A stretch of 64,000 nucleotides of DNA from Gekko japonicus (GCF_001447785.1 NW_015163638.1:221687-285686), one strand, 5' to 3'. Counted from the first letter of the stretch, positions 11,009-23,450 are shown. A program made the numbers and translations. The notes: generated by a model not told the origin, from the sequence alone.

Positions 11009-11665
11009 GTGAGTTTGAGTCCTCCTTCCTTTCTGTAGACTGCCTTGAATTATGCCTGGCATGGGGAGACTTCAGTTGGTGCACAGTAGAATTCCTAGTA
11101 TCCCTCAGCCAGTAGGGGCATGCAGTTTTCTCTGTAGCTACTTAATGTCTTAGTCCTGCGAGGAAATAATTGTGTCTGCACTAACTTGATATCCTCCCTT
11201 CTTATTGTGGGCATTCCATTCCAGATTAACAGGTGTGATTGTTCCAAAGGTACAACTTTCCTGCAAGCTAGTTTGTCAGTAGCACAATATTGCCTTGGTA
11301 TACTGCTGCCTCAGCTCCTGGCGAAGAGATGGGTCTCATTAGCAATAAAAGTATCCATTTGTTAAAAGAGGTTGGGACACGGCCAAACTAATCCCTTGCT
11401 TTGCTTATCTGTCCTAACATAAAACTTACTCTTGTGATATAGTGACCCATTTTCACTTTCTGTAATAGTCTGCTCCACCTTCCTTTTTTCTTTTGGCAAG
11501 AAAAAAAAAGCTGCATATCTATTATGGACTTGGGTACCTCCATTCAAAAAGGAACATACAATCTTTTTTTTTGTAACTCTTGGAAATGTTTCTAGTGTGT
11601 GAGTCTCATTTCATAATATTCTTTAAGTGTTCTGGCCTCAAGTTTAGCTGATTTTCTTTTGGCAG

Positions 11666-11748
11666 AATATTAATCAAAAGCCAGTCATATTGAGGAAACG
11701 AAGGCAAAGGATAAAAATACAATCAAACTGGGATCTCTTCTACTACAG
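11666..11748 (+). CDS. DNAJC13: DNAJC13 exon 21
   Basis: cag|[29 protein letters not shown]|gtaac. Confidence 0.95.
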
Positions 11749-13517
11749 GTAACCATTTTTTTGTGGTTGGATTTCTGTTCCTTTTGTCATGCATATAGAT
11801 TGGAATGTTTGCATTAAACTTTGGTCAGATCTGCAGTTTTGAGGTTTATGTACTAAAGCGTGCCATTAAAATCTGTAAAACAAGATAGATGCTAGGAAGT
11901 GAGGCTGACCCAAGAGTTCCTGCAGTAATGGCAAGAGTCTTCATATGCTAGCAGCCTTTTACTTTTGAACAGCAGTGGTTAGTTTCTGAATCACTGTGAT
12001 CAATTGCAGGTTTTGGATAGAACCCTCCAGAGGTCATGAGCAGAAGGGGGTGTGTGTGTTTCATTTGATTCCTCTGCCATGTAGTGAGTTTTGCTTACAA
12101 GGCTCTCCCGAACCTTGGAGAGGAGTTTCAGGATGAATGGCAGGCTGCTTAGGAAGAGGGAAGACAGGGCAGGATCCATTCTTCCAACACCTTCCTTGAA
12201 CTGTTCTGCTGAAACCAAGTCATACTTCAGAAACTACCGCAGAAACTTCCTGAGTGTAAACACATGCAGTGAATCTCAGCATGCATGTGGTATTGTACTA
12301 CTGTGCAACTTGAAAACAACACATATAACAAAGTGTGAAGAGATTAAGGCTTTGGATCCTAAGCCTTTCTTCCCTTTGTGCCCCTCTTTGTCCCTTGTGG
12401 GCACTTTCCCCTGGTGTCAGGTGCTCTTTAGCGCATTGAAAGATATTGCTGTTGCATGATTGGAAGCACCTAGTGTTACCCAAATGGCCCACGTGTGTAT
12501 ATACTCTGACTATAGGATGGTCCTCCTTTTAAAGTGTCAGACAAATGGTATTGCCTGATGTACTAAGGTCCAAAATTTGATCTAACATCTCATAAGGGTG
12601 TTCAGCTTCTTAGAAATAAATAGGCATGGATAAAGGTAAGGATCTATTAAGAAAGTGTAATAGCAAAGAGAATTAGCAAACTGAATACAGAGTTTGAAAC
12701 TCGCATGCACACACACGAAATTAATGTTCTACAAATCCTAACTTCTGCTAAATCCTAACATAAGCAAATGTTATCGATCTAAAGAGAAATGGGAAGAAGG
12801 AGGGAAAGAGATATACAAGCCTATCATGGTGAAGTCCTGTAGATTTCTTGAGAGAAAGGAGAAAGCATTGTGGGATAGGGCGAGGTGAAGGAGCTAAGCA
12901 TAATCTTCACAGGCACCTGAATTGAGATGCAGGGTCAATGCAGAGTGACACACACGTTCCCCACTATGCATTGCCACAAAGGGGTTTTGGAACCAGTTGC
13001 TGCTGTCCAGTATTGAGAAGGCAACTAGTGGCTGGAACAAAGAGCAGGGGTTCTCAGGGCTAACTTTATACCCTGGAAGTGTGACGATGGAGGAGAGAAA
13101 TAAGATACTTCTGAGGTTTTAAACCTCTTTGGTAGATCAGTAAGATAACTGTTGCATGGCAAAGATATCTCTGGGGGGGATTGGGGATATTGATGCCTTC
13201 TTTGTTGTTCCATTTGGGCTACAAACTTCATCAGTCTATGTTATATAGTCATCATTTGGTTGGATTGAATTCAGGGGAAACATAGTGAAGGAAATATATA
13301 AAAATAGGAGATGGATGAGGTGATACGTCACTCTTAACTGTAGGAGAGATCCTGTTGGCGTTTATGTAATGTTGAAATCAATTAGCTAAGATACTGTTAT
13401 TACCTTTTGAATGAGGAAGGGGATGAGTGGCCTGTCTTGCATTTGATTGTTCCCAAGCTGCCCGGCCGCTACTTGTTCAGTCACCTTGCTCAAGAATGAG
13501 ACTGGACTGATAGTTAT

Positions 13518-14446
13518 TAGAGGTGTGCATTCAGCATTTCCGATCTGAATTAATACTCGAATCATACCTTTTCAGCATGATTCAGGCATGTGTTAAGCCA
13601 AATCATTCTCTGATCTGATTTGGTTTACTGATCAGAGAATTCCAAATTCAGGAATCCCGAATATTTCGGCTCCGTTATACCCTATGGGGTCATTCTAGTC
13701 AATGGCAGTTCTCCTAGAGTATATTCAGTGGGCTGGGGGGGGGGAGTTTGAGTTAGAAGAAGCACCAGATTTGTAGTGTAGCTGCTGGAGCCTCTCCCCA
13801 AAAGAATCTCCAAGTTTCAAAAAGATTGGAACGGGGTCCAATTCTGTGGGCACCTAAAGACGGTGCCCCATTTCCCATTGTTTCCAGTGGTGGGGGGGAA
13901 AGCAAGGCAGGCATGCAACAAACCCAGTGCAGTGTGCCCAGCAGAACCAGTGCCACTCTGGCAGTGCCAAAACACAATAGATTTGGACCTTAATCCTGTT
14001 GGGTTTTTGGCAGTGGTTGTGCTGAGCATATTGCACTGGTTCTGCTGCTTGCCTTGCAAACATGCCCTCTCCCCCTGCCCACACTTTCTCCTGCAGAGAG
14101 TCTCTGGGAGAATCTGCTGGGCTTGTTGTATGTCTGCCTTGCTTATTTCCCACCCTTGAAAACTTGGGGATTCTTTTGGGGAGAGGCTTCAGCAACTACA
14201 CTGCAAATTTGGTGCCTCTCCCTCAAATCTCCCCCCCCCCCCCACTGAATATTCCCCAGGAGATTTGCTATTAACTATAACCCCCCAGGATATAATGGAG
14301 CCAAACATTCGGGATCCCCAAATGCTACCCAAATTCCAGTACAATACAGATATTGGAATTTGGGTTTTCAAGGCAATACCAAATTTTTAAGGGTCCAAAA
14401 ATCCAGAATTCAAAAAATACTGATTTTTTTCCCTTGCACATCCCTA
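13518..14446. mobile_element. Non-autonomous DNA transposon with long internal inverted repeats (related to 5331-5907)
   Basis: Termini TAGAGGTGTGCA...TGCACATCCCTA; internal arms ~13760-13820 vs ~14158-14220 are reverse complements. Confidence 0.65.
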
Positions 14447-14449
14447 GTT

Positions 14450-15090
14450 ATTCAGTTCCCCTGTGTCTACGCACCACTGCCCATTTCATGGCAGGGGCAA
14501 CCACCCCTGTCTCAGGGAGGCATTTACTGTCTCCTGGATCCAGCCTACCCCCCAGCAGATTTAAACAGCCAGGAGGAGTAAGAGTTGTTAGAAGCAGGTG
14601 GTAGGACTCAGACTTCCAAGAATCCTGCCACATCCTTAGACTGAACAAGCTGAAAGGTATCCATACAACTGGGCGATCCAGCACCCTAGGACCTTCCAGT
14701 CTTGTCACTGCTAATGTAGAGTCCAAGTCAGAATGGATGCGAGATATCTGATTTACAAAATGGTTGCAGCGGACTGCAGGGCAGTCTACCTCCTCCTGTA
14801 GGTCAGAACTCAATAGGCCCTTGACCACCTGGAAGAGTTTCACAACTCTGTACTGTGTGGATGTAGTGAGAGTGGAGAAAGTGTTTCTTCATCACGATTA
14901 CTGTCGCAAAATAGGCTTTAAAATGAACTCTAGTCTGTGCCTTGTTGGATTTGTCATTAGTGTCTCTCCAGTGTCACTCTAGCCATCTCCCTTGTCTTCT
15001 CATCACCTGCAGCCCCGCAGTAAATCAGGTTGCTGCTTGGCCTTAGTCCTGAAATAGACTAAAATCCTATTCTTATCCTCTTGAGCTGTT
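14450..15090 (-). mobile_element. Degraded LINE (L2-like) ORF2 fragment
   Basis: Minus-strand remnant peptide KLFQVVKGLL...FVNQISRIHSDLDS with frameshifts. Confidence 0.55.
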
Positions 15091-15208
15091 CCATTAGACT
15101 ACAATTCCATCTATAAAAATGCCCTCCTGAATTACAATATGAAACAGTAGTGAAAAATGTCAGTATCAAAATATGACGTAAAATCTGCTTCCCATATCTT
15201 TTTTATAG

Positions 15209-15362
15209 ATTTCTTCAAGATCATGCTAGATCCAACTTGATTTGGAATTTCAAAACCCGAGAAGAATTGAGAGACACCCTAGAGTCTGAAATGCGGGCAT
15301 TTCAGATTGATAGAGAACTTGGCAGTGCTAACGTCATCTCATGGAATCACCATGAATTTGAG
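15209..15362 (+). CDS. DNAJC13: DNAJC13 exon 22 (IWN repeat)
   Basis: tag|[21 protein letters not shown]...HHEFE|gtatgt. Confidence 0.95.
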
Positions 15363-16504
15363 GTATGTCTTTGAAAACATTTGTTTCCTGCAAACTCCAC
15401 TTGTCTGTCATTATTTAAATGTACCTTAGTAATACCCAGAATACTATAGTAAATATAGTGTTACCCACTGATAGTGTGGAAATAGCTTCTCCTTTTTAAA
15501 AACCGTTTTATAGTTACAGTCCAGTGGTCTTGCATGGTTTGTGTATTGTAACATGATGCTTTTATTAGCATTATAAGTTACTCCAGGGTAGAGAATGTAG
15601 CATACACATATGCATACTGACTTCTGTAATGTACCCAAAATGATACATGTAAGCAAAATGTTAAAATCCATGGTAGACAGCTTCTAGAAAAATGGACGCA
15701 AAATTTCTGATGTGGTTGTTAAAACAGTAGCAAGCTTCTGCTGGGTAGTGCTTAAACACTGGCAGATTTTAAAAAGTGTTCTTGTGTTAATATAGAAATA
15801 TGTACCACCTGGTTTTGCATTTTTAATCACAAACTGATTAGAATTCTCTCTCTGAACATGCATTTAAAAAGAAAGCATAATGCAGTCTTTAACTTGACTG
15901 AATGGTGCAGCAGTTACAAGGTATTAGCATGGATTACCAACAGGTAATCCATGTTGGGTGACTTTAAATATGCACCCTTAAATGTGACATTAAAGAATGT
16001 TGGCTATATGAAGGGTTTAGATTATTTCTCTTGAGCAGAATGCTTTGCAAAGAAGCTGCTCCTTTTTTCAGTCTCAGAGTTGCCATGTGCCCGGGAACAA
16101 ATGGGAGAAATGGGGGCTCCCTAAATGCTTGCAATAGATAATCAAGACTTTGTTAAATGAAGTCTGTTTTGGTGTATCTGCCAGCTATGATGCATGGTAG
16201 TAATAAATGAATCTTGTTCTTCTGTTAAATGTTAACACAGTAGAAAAGACAAGGAAAGGCTGTTTTAATGATCAGAACTACAAGGCAATACTTTTGAATA
16301 AACATCAATAGAGATCAAGTTTGTAAATCAAAATATGCTGTAAAATAGATTCCCCAGTGTACAAATATACTCATGTTTACATAATGTATAAGGAATGCAT
16401 ATTGTATTTAAAGGGTGATTCATAATGCTTATATAAACACTGCTATCTTGTGCTACTTGTATATTTTATTTGTAAACTTGATTTTAATGCCTCCATTCAA
16501 GTTT

Positions 16505-16716
16505 ACACATACATCCACACGCAGCTGCCTTATACTGAGTTAGACCGTTGGTCCTTCAAGGTCAGTACTGTCTACTCTGACTGGCAGCAGCTCTCCAGGG
16601 TCAGAGGCAGAGGTCTTTCACTTCACCTACTGATCTGTTTAACTGGTGATGCCAAAGACTGAACCTGGGACCTTCTACATGCAAAGCAGAGGCTCTTCCA
16701 CTAAACCATGTCCCCT
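16505..16716 (-). mobile_element. tRNA-derived SINE (Squam2-like)
   Basis: Similar to 5008-5226. Confidence 0.75.
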
Positions 16717-16907
16717 GCCAAGTTTAAACCAATATCGTCAGACATATGCCTTTTTCTCCTCCAAAGAAGAACTATATAGACAATTATATCTGAGTGATGT
16801 TTGAATTCTGAAATTTTATCATTCAGGTATTGCTTTTCCAGGAACCCAACTTTGACTACTTAGCAGTAACGTAGGAAACTTCTGTTTACATTTTTTCTGT
16901 GCAAAAG

Positions 16908-17011
16908 GTGAAGTATGAATGCCTGTCAGAGGAAATAAAAATAGGGGATTATTACCTGAGATTGCTGTTGGAAGAAGATGAAAGTGAAGAAAGTGGAGCA
17001 ATAAAAAAATC
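16908..17011 (+). CDS. DNAJC13: DNAJC13 exon 23
   Basis: aag|[21 protein letters not shown]...AIKK-TC|gtgag. Confidence 0.93.
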
Positions 17012-17116
17012 GTGAGCTGCTGTTATGATCCTAATGTTCTTTTTTTTTTTTCAAACTCTTAGTGTGATTTTTTTTCCTGCTCTGTAAACCTTTTGGGTTA
17101 TTGCTTCTTTCTACAG

Positions 17117-17276
17117 GTATGAATTTTTCAATGAATTGTACCACCGTTTCCTGCTTACCCCTAAAATAAACATGAAATGTCTCTGCTTGCAAGCCTTGGC
17201 CATTGTTTATGGCAGATGCTACGAAGAGATAGGCCCATTTGGTGACACCAGATATATTGTAGGGATGCTGGAAAGG
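17117..17276 (+). CDS. DNAJC13: DNAJC13 exon 24
   Basis: cag|[14 protein letters not shown]...GMLER|gtgagt. Confidence 0.95.
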
Positions 17277-17682
17277 GTGAGTATTTTTCAGCTAATGTTC
17301 AGTTGCTGGGGAGCAGGGAAGGCAAACATGACTGTAAGCAGCTTCTTACGACTTGTCTGCGCTGTCTCCTTAATGTATTTCTTTCTTACTGTGGATGTTT
17401 TAAGAGTGTAGCATTTATACATTTCTGAGGTTCCTGAGCCAAACATGTCTGATCAGTTCAAACTGTAGAAGATAAAGTTGCCAATCAAAATTGATGACTA
17501 CTATGGAAAAAGTTACCGCATAGGATTCTTCCTAAATTTTGTATTTGCACAGTACAAAGTTGGGAGCGATCGGATCATTGTATTTTTAATCTATTTGCTA
17601 AAGTATAATTTTTTAAAAATAAATAAATGAAAAGGCTTGATAGTGATACCATTGTACCATAGTTTTGCGTCTTCCCCCATAG

Positions 17683-17745
17683 TGCACTGACAGACTTGAG
17701 CGGGACCGGCTGATACTGTTCCTTAACAAACTCATTCTCAACAAG
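17683..17745 (+). CDS. DNAJC13: DNAJC13 exon 25
   Basis: tag|CTDRLERDRLILFLNKLILNK|gtaat. Confidence 0.95.
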
Positions 17746-18127
17746 GTAATCAGTCTTACATTGCAGTCTCTTTTATTTATTCATTCATGCATACCATGTT
17801 CTCCCCCCCCGGGGGGGGCACAAAGCAGTTTACAACCACTTTCCTCTTCTATTTTATTGTCACAACCACCACCCTGTGAATTACATTAACCTAGGCTGAA
17901 AGTGTGTAACTGGCCCAAGGTCGCCCAGTGAGCTTCCATGGCAGAATGGGGACGTCTGCAAGCTGTTTTTCTAGTTCGTCTTTTCTGTTGCTATAACCCC
18001 CTACACATGGCAGGTTTTTCACTCAATTTTGGGAGGAGTGAGTAATCACTTTATTTTTAAGTCAGCTGAAATACTTAAAGCGTGGTTGATTACTCTGTTC
18101 ACAACACTGTTGTTTTTCTCCTTACAG

Positions 18128-18229
18128 AAAAATGTCAAGGAGCTCATGGATTCTAATGGTATCAGAATCCTTGTGGATCTTCTCACTCTGGCCCACCTTC
18201 ACACGAGCAGGGCTACAGTACCACTGCAA
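18128..18229 (+). CDS. DNAJC13: DNAJC13 exon 26
   Basis: cag|[11 protein letters not shown]...TVPLQ|gtatg. Confidence 0.95.
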
Positions 18230-18628
18230 GTATGAGAGCTGTAGCTTCTTACCCTTCATTGTATACAGGTTAAAAACACGTGACTAAAGTATTGATCCCT
18301 TGAATTTAAAAGACGTGTAGTTACATTGGAATTTTCTGAAATCAACTCCAAATTGAGCCACTTCAAGGTGGGGGGGGGTATTTGTATTGTTGGAAAAATT
18401 TGTACTCGTGGTGTTTGGCTAGCATATTTGAGACTGACTGTGCCTCTTCAGTGTGACATCTGCTGGACCCTCTGGTGTGAAAGACTGCTGTTGCTTAGAA
18501 GTTAATATCTTAAGATTGCCTGCATGTGATTAAAACGTGCATTTGCATGCTTACTGAACATTCGAACTGGAAATCTCATTCCTTGCTGGATTGATGTAAT
18601 GATGTGGTTTGTCTGGTATTCTTCTTAG

Positions 18629-18733
18629 AGTAATGTAATTGAAGCATCACCTGATATGAAGAGAGAGAGTGAGAAAGAGTGGTATTTCGGCAATGCAGAC
18701 AAAGAGAGAAGTGGTCCTTACAGCTTTCACGAG
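18629..18733 (+). CDS. DNAJC13: DNAJC13 exon 27 (GYF-like domain start)
   Basis: tag|[21 protein letters not shown]...SFHE|gtaac. Confidence 0.95.
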
Positions 18734-19340
18734 GTAACTTTATTATACAGTTGCAATAGAACTAGCATTACAGTTTTCTTGATGGTTCAGTCACGTTGTT
18801 TGCAGATGAGAGCAAAATGTGGTCTGGTTTGCTTTATGCAGTCCATCTGGTCCTGCCATCTCTACACACCAGGGGCTTCAGTCCAAAAAGCTGCTGGGAT
18901 GTATCAAGATCGCCACATGCAGAGTGGTCCACATGGCTGGCCGTATGCCAGTAGTGGTGGTGATGTCCATCATCCACAATCATGCTGAAATTTCCTTGTT
19001 TTTAGACACGTGGGACTGCCAGGGCTAGTCTCAGAGCATCGGTTAACACACAGTTGTACCAAATCAATTTTTTCTCCTTGGACTGGCATTTCTTTTCACT
19101 GGTCACTGTATTTGAAGCTGTGAGAGAGAACTCTGATGAGTCCTATTAGCTAGGGTTATATTAGCTTAGTGTCTCTGGAACAGCTGGTTTTGGGAGGTTG
19201 GGAAAAGGGGCTTTTTCTATGCTCTGTGGCTTGGCTGATTTGGGGGGGGTGAGCAGGGGGCTTCCTTTATGCTCTGGGGCTTGGCTTAGCTGCTTGTGGC
19301 CATACACATTGTTCACTATTGCAATCAATCTCTAACTTAG

Positions 19341-19543
19341 ATGCAGGATTTGTGGACCAAAGGGAAGCTGACGCCGAAAACACGTTGCTGGGCCCAGGGC
19401 ATGGATGGGTGGCGCCCACTGCAAGTTATCCCTCAGCTGAAGTGGTGCCTCCTTGCCAGTGGACAGGCTGTACTAAATGAGACAGATCTTGCTACGCTTA
19501 TTCTCAACATGCTGGTCACAATGTGTAGCTATTTTCCTAGTAG
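19341..19543 (+). CDS. DNAJC13: DNAJC13 exon 28
   Basis: tag|[27 protein letters not shown]...YFPS-AG|gtaag. Confidence 0.95.
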
Positions 19544-19948
19544 GTAAGAGATCATCTGGAAGACTCTTCTCTATTTGCTACAGCTAATACTCCCTCTAGG
19601 GCAATAATTTTGTGGACGTGCTTCTACCGTGCACAGATTCACAAATCTAGGTGAACCAGGCCAGTCTACTGTTGCTACACAACGAGGAATAGCAGCACAT
19701 TTGTAGCACCACTGTGGAAATGTGCGAAAGGGAGGCTCTGATCACCTGAAGCAACAAAGCTTCTGTTAGGCTGATATACCATGCATAATAATAAATAAAG
19801 CTGACTTTGGAACAGAATTGGAAGGGGTATTTTAAAGCAATGCTGGAAATGCTGGTGATTGTAAAGCAGGAAATGGTGGGGAAACACCTGAAGCGGAAGT
19901 ATACTGGATGGTATAATATGCCCATTGATAAAAACCTGTCATTTTTAG

Positions 19949-20033
19949 AGATCAGGACAATGCCATTATAAGACCTCTACCTCGAGTGAAGAGACTTCTT
20001 TCAGACAGCACTTGCCTTCCCCATATCATTCAG
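19949..20033 (+). CDS. DNAJC13: DNAJC13 exon 29
   Basis: tag|[18 protein letters not shown]...HIIQ|gtaag. Confidence 0.95.
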
Positions 20034-20203
20034 GTAAGCTGACTTTTTTGCTTTCTGATCTTTATGAAGGAATCCTGTACTTCAGTTATTGTGTTCTCTC
20101 CAGCCTCTCATTTTATCTTGAAATGTTTTCTCTTCATCAGACATTAGGGCAGTAAGGTGCTACGAAGCATGGTTCAAACAGTGTAAGTTTTATGTCATTT
20201 CAG

Positions 20204-20358
20204 CTGTTGCTAACTTTTGACCCGATTCTTGTTGAGAAAGTGGCCATATTGCTTTTCTACATCATGCAAGACAACCCGCAGTTACCGCGACTTTACCTCA
20301 GTGGGGTATTCTTCTTCATCATGATGTACACTGGTTCCAATGTACTCCCTGTTGCAAG
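20204..20358 (+). CDS. DNAJC13: DNAJC13 exon 30
   Basis: cag|[13 protein letters not shown]...VLPVA-AG|gtgag. Confidence 0.95.
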
Positions 20359-20457
20359 GTGAGAACACAAAGAATGTGATATTTGTGTGAGGTTGGAAGG
20401 GCTAGACTAGTGGATTAAAACTACTTCCCTGTAGTATGCTGTTGTACAGTAAATGCA

Positions 20458-20560
20458 GTACATTGAGAAGTACTGAGAGGGTTAAGTACTGAGAGAGATC
20501 AAAACTACATTGAGGAGTACTGAGAGGGTTAAGTACTGAGAGAGAGGGTTGAGTACAGTG
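20458..20560. repeat. Short tandem duplication / incipient minisatellite
   Basis: TACATTGAG(A/G)AGTACTGAGAGGGTTAAGTACTGAGAGAGA occurs twice, itself built of AGTACTGAGAG subunits. Confidence 0.75.
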
Positions 20561-20663
20561 AGAAGAAGTCCCAGAAGGAATGTGACTCTTGATAAATTTC
20601 TGGGGAGAATCCAAGGATGAAGGGTTAAAGAAGGTAGGAAATCATCCAAGTGTGTTAATCTAT

Positions 20664-20665
<2 letters not shown>

Positions 20666-20710
<45 letters not shown>
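20666..20710. repeat. (TG)n microsatellite
   Basis: About 22 TG units just upstream of the exon 31 acceptor. Confidence 0.95.
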
Positions 20711-20717
<7 letters not shown>

Positions 20718-20762
20718 AGCTCATGGTAGGTAGTTAACCAAATGCTTGAACTTGACTTCTAG

Positions 20763-20808
20763 GTTTCTGAAGTATACGCATTCAAAGCAAGCTTTCAAGT
20801 CTGAAGAG
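20763..20808 (+). CDS. DNAJC13: DNAJC13 exon 31
   Basis: tag|G FLKYTHSKQAFKSEE|gtaag. Confidence 0.95.
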
Positions 20809-21608
20809 GTAAGCAGCAGTACAAAACAAGTTAGTAATAGTCCTTCAGATGAAGAGAGCACAGCTATGTGTTAATTTCTGTTTAGCAAGTGTATCCAGTT
20901 TTAACTGTTTGAATTTTTGCTTGATGCTGTTGTGTTATCCAAGTAAGGGCAGAACAGTGGGATATAAATTTTGTAAATAAATCCACAAATCTCTAAATTG
21001 TCTGTCTTTGAAACCTGTTGGTTTCTCAGATGACAAATACATTAGTTCCAGTTGACAGAATGAGAATTAGAGCAAACTTTGTTCCTTATTTAAATTCTGT
21101 GCTTTGGAAACATGTGGCAAACATAGTGTTACATCGAGCCTACCATGGTGGAGTTAGTTTTGATGGGTGGGTTGGGGGGATTAAGCATTAAAATGCCTTG
21201 TTGGATGCATCGTACTATGTCACAGGTCGTGGAGAGCACGGATTGATGATTGTCGTGTGATTTATTTATTTCATGAAGCTTCTATACCATCTTCCCCGCA
21301 AGTGGGCTCAGGGCAGTGCACAACAACTTTGTATAAAATGCATATAAGATACACTAAACAATCTAAAATTCTCATCTATAAAACCTAACATCCACATGGC
21401 ACCATAATACAATTTTCTGAGCCCCCAGTTTACATTAACGTGGAGGAGAGGGGGTGAAAAGCAGTTAATAACCTGGATAGTTGTTAAAACCGTTAAACTG
21501 TAAAAAAAACAAACCATTGCTGTCCGTAGTCATATGTTTATGTTATGTAAACATTCTTATTTAATTTGTAAGTATCATTTTGATGGTTTCTTCTGTTTTG
21601 TGCTTTAG

Positions 21609-21763
21609 ACAAAAGGGCAAGATATAGTTCAGAGGAGCATTCTTGGACACATCCTACCAGAAGCCATGGTGTGCTATTTAGAAAATTACGAACCAGAGAA
21701 GTTTTCTGAAATATTTTTGGGTGAATTTGACACTCCAGAAGCTATTTGGAGTAATGAAATGAG
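21609..21763 (+). CDS. DNAJC13: DNAJC13 exon 32
   Basis: tag|[16 protein letters not shown]...[10 protein letters not shown]|gtaac. Confidence 0.95.
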
Positions 21764-21944
21764 GTAACTGTCTTATTTACTTCATGCTAAAAGAAGGGAT
21801 TGGTACATATTTCCTGTTAGTTTGCTGGTTGTTCTCTGAATCATCTAGATGGCTTTGTGGTTTGCCTTAAAGCACTAGATTTAATTGAATGCCAGTCAGT
21901 ATCTGGGCATCTGTTTGCTTCAAGATGTCTTTTACAATTCACAG

Positions 21945-22146
21945 GCGCCTCATGATTGAGAAAATTGCTGCCCATCTTGCTGACTTCACTCCCCGTCTTC
22001 AAAGTAATACAAGAGCGCTTTATCAGTATTGCCCGATCCCAGTCATCAACTACCCTCAACTGGAAAATGAGCTGTTTTGTAACATATATTACCTCAGACA
22101 TCTTTGCGATAAATTACGGTTTCCTGACTGGCCAATTAGAGATCCT
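21945..22146 (+). CDS. DNAJC13: DNAJC13 exon 33
   Basis: cag|[15 protein letters not shown]...WPIRDP|gtaagt. Confidence 0.95.
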
Positions 22147-22289
22147 GTAAGTCACTTTTTAAAAAATTACTCTGCCTTATTTATAGCAGAGCAGAATTTG
22201 GGGGCGCTGAGGGAGGAATAGGACAATCTTTGTGAAAGCCATGATTGCTTGGCCTGCTTGCAGAGTATCTTGACATGCCTGGCTTAAAT

Positions 22290-23450
22290 GTATTATTTAT
22301 TTGTTATTTATAGTGTGCCTTTCTCACTGAGACTGAAGGGGGATTGCATAATGTGAGTCAGTACAAATCAGTAGGGTCAAGAGACATCTAATAAACCATG
22401 TAGTAGGACTAGTATTTCAGAAATCTGAAACAAGCCATGAGCATTAAATGTGGCATGTTAACCAGTGCAAGAAATGGTATTACGTAAGTAGACATGTAAC
22501 GTAGTCAGCATAAGAAGAAAAAAACATACAACAGGTAATGCATATTAGTAGTATGGTCCACAGTCCCATTCCCTCTGTCATGATGCAGCCCTATTCCTTT
22601 ATTTAAAAAAAGCTCTCCCACATAATTCGGTGTTGCATAGTTTGCAGAAACAAAGATGAAGAGACAAATTGGTGCAGACCACCACAGATAATGCACATCT
22701 GTGGGCACTGGGCACTTGTTCATCTTGTCCATTTGCAGGGTTATCTATTTAGATGACTGAAGGTGCCATAGGAGGAGATACATCCTGCAGATGTAAGGGT
22801 CCAAGGCCATGAAGGGCTTTGCATGTGATGGCCAGTACCTTGAACTGAACCTGGTAACTAATGGGCAGCCGATGGCGTGATTACAGAAATGCTGTAATAT
22901 CATGCACTGCCTAGTTCCTGATGATAACTGAGCGGCAGCATTCTGCACTAACTGGAGTTTCCAAGTTGATTTTGAGGGAAGATCTATACAGAGTGCATTC
23001 CAGTAGTCTAGTCTCAGTGTTTACTGTGGTATGGATCCAGGTGGCTAGATTGGCTGATTAGCTTTAAATTAAGTTGGAAGAAAGTGGGTTTTGCAGCTGC
23101 GTTAATTTGCTTCTCTAGCATTAGTGCTGGGCCCAGTATAACCCCTAAACTCTTGACCGAGTCAGCAGGGCTCAGCTGAACCCCATCGAAAGTGGGAAGT
23201 GACCTCAGGCTTCCTACCCAATATAACCTCTGCCTCGTCAGGGTTCAGTTTCAGCTTAGTCTCTCAGTCGTTCAACCACAGCAGTCAAGCAGTGGCTCAA
23301 GTCCTTTACTGCGTCCCCTGGAAATTTGGCTGGAGAGAAAGAGAGCTGGGTATCATCAGTGTAATGATGGCTTCCAATTCCAAAGCTACAAATGATTTAT
23401 CCTAAGTGTTTTACAAAGTAGTTGGCTAGCATGGATGATTAGACTGCATC
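22290..23450 (-). mobile_element. Degraded L2-like LINE 3' portion
   Basis: Minus-strand remnants YADDTQL (~23340-23360) and LQLVQNAAA (~22930-22955), followed by an A-rich tail. Confidence 0.7.

Noticed and set aside
19133-19160. CTGATGAG followed by a hairpin, resembling a hammerhead ribozyme
   Set aside because: No GAAA box after stem II
20458-20560. Repeats resembling a CRISPR array
   Set aside because: Vertebrate intron; no regularly sized unique spacers; simple tandem duplication
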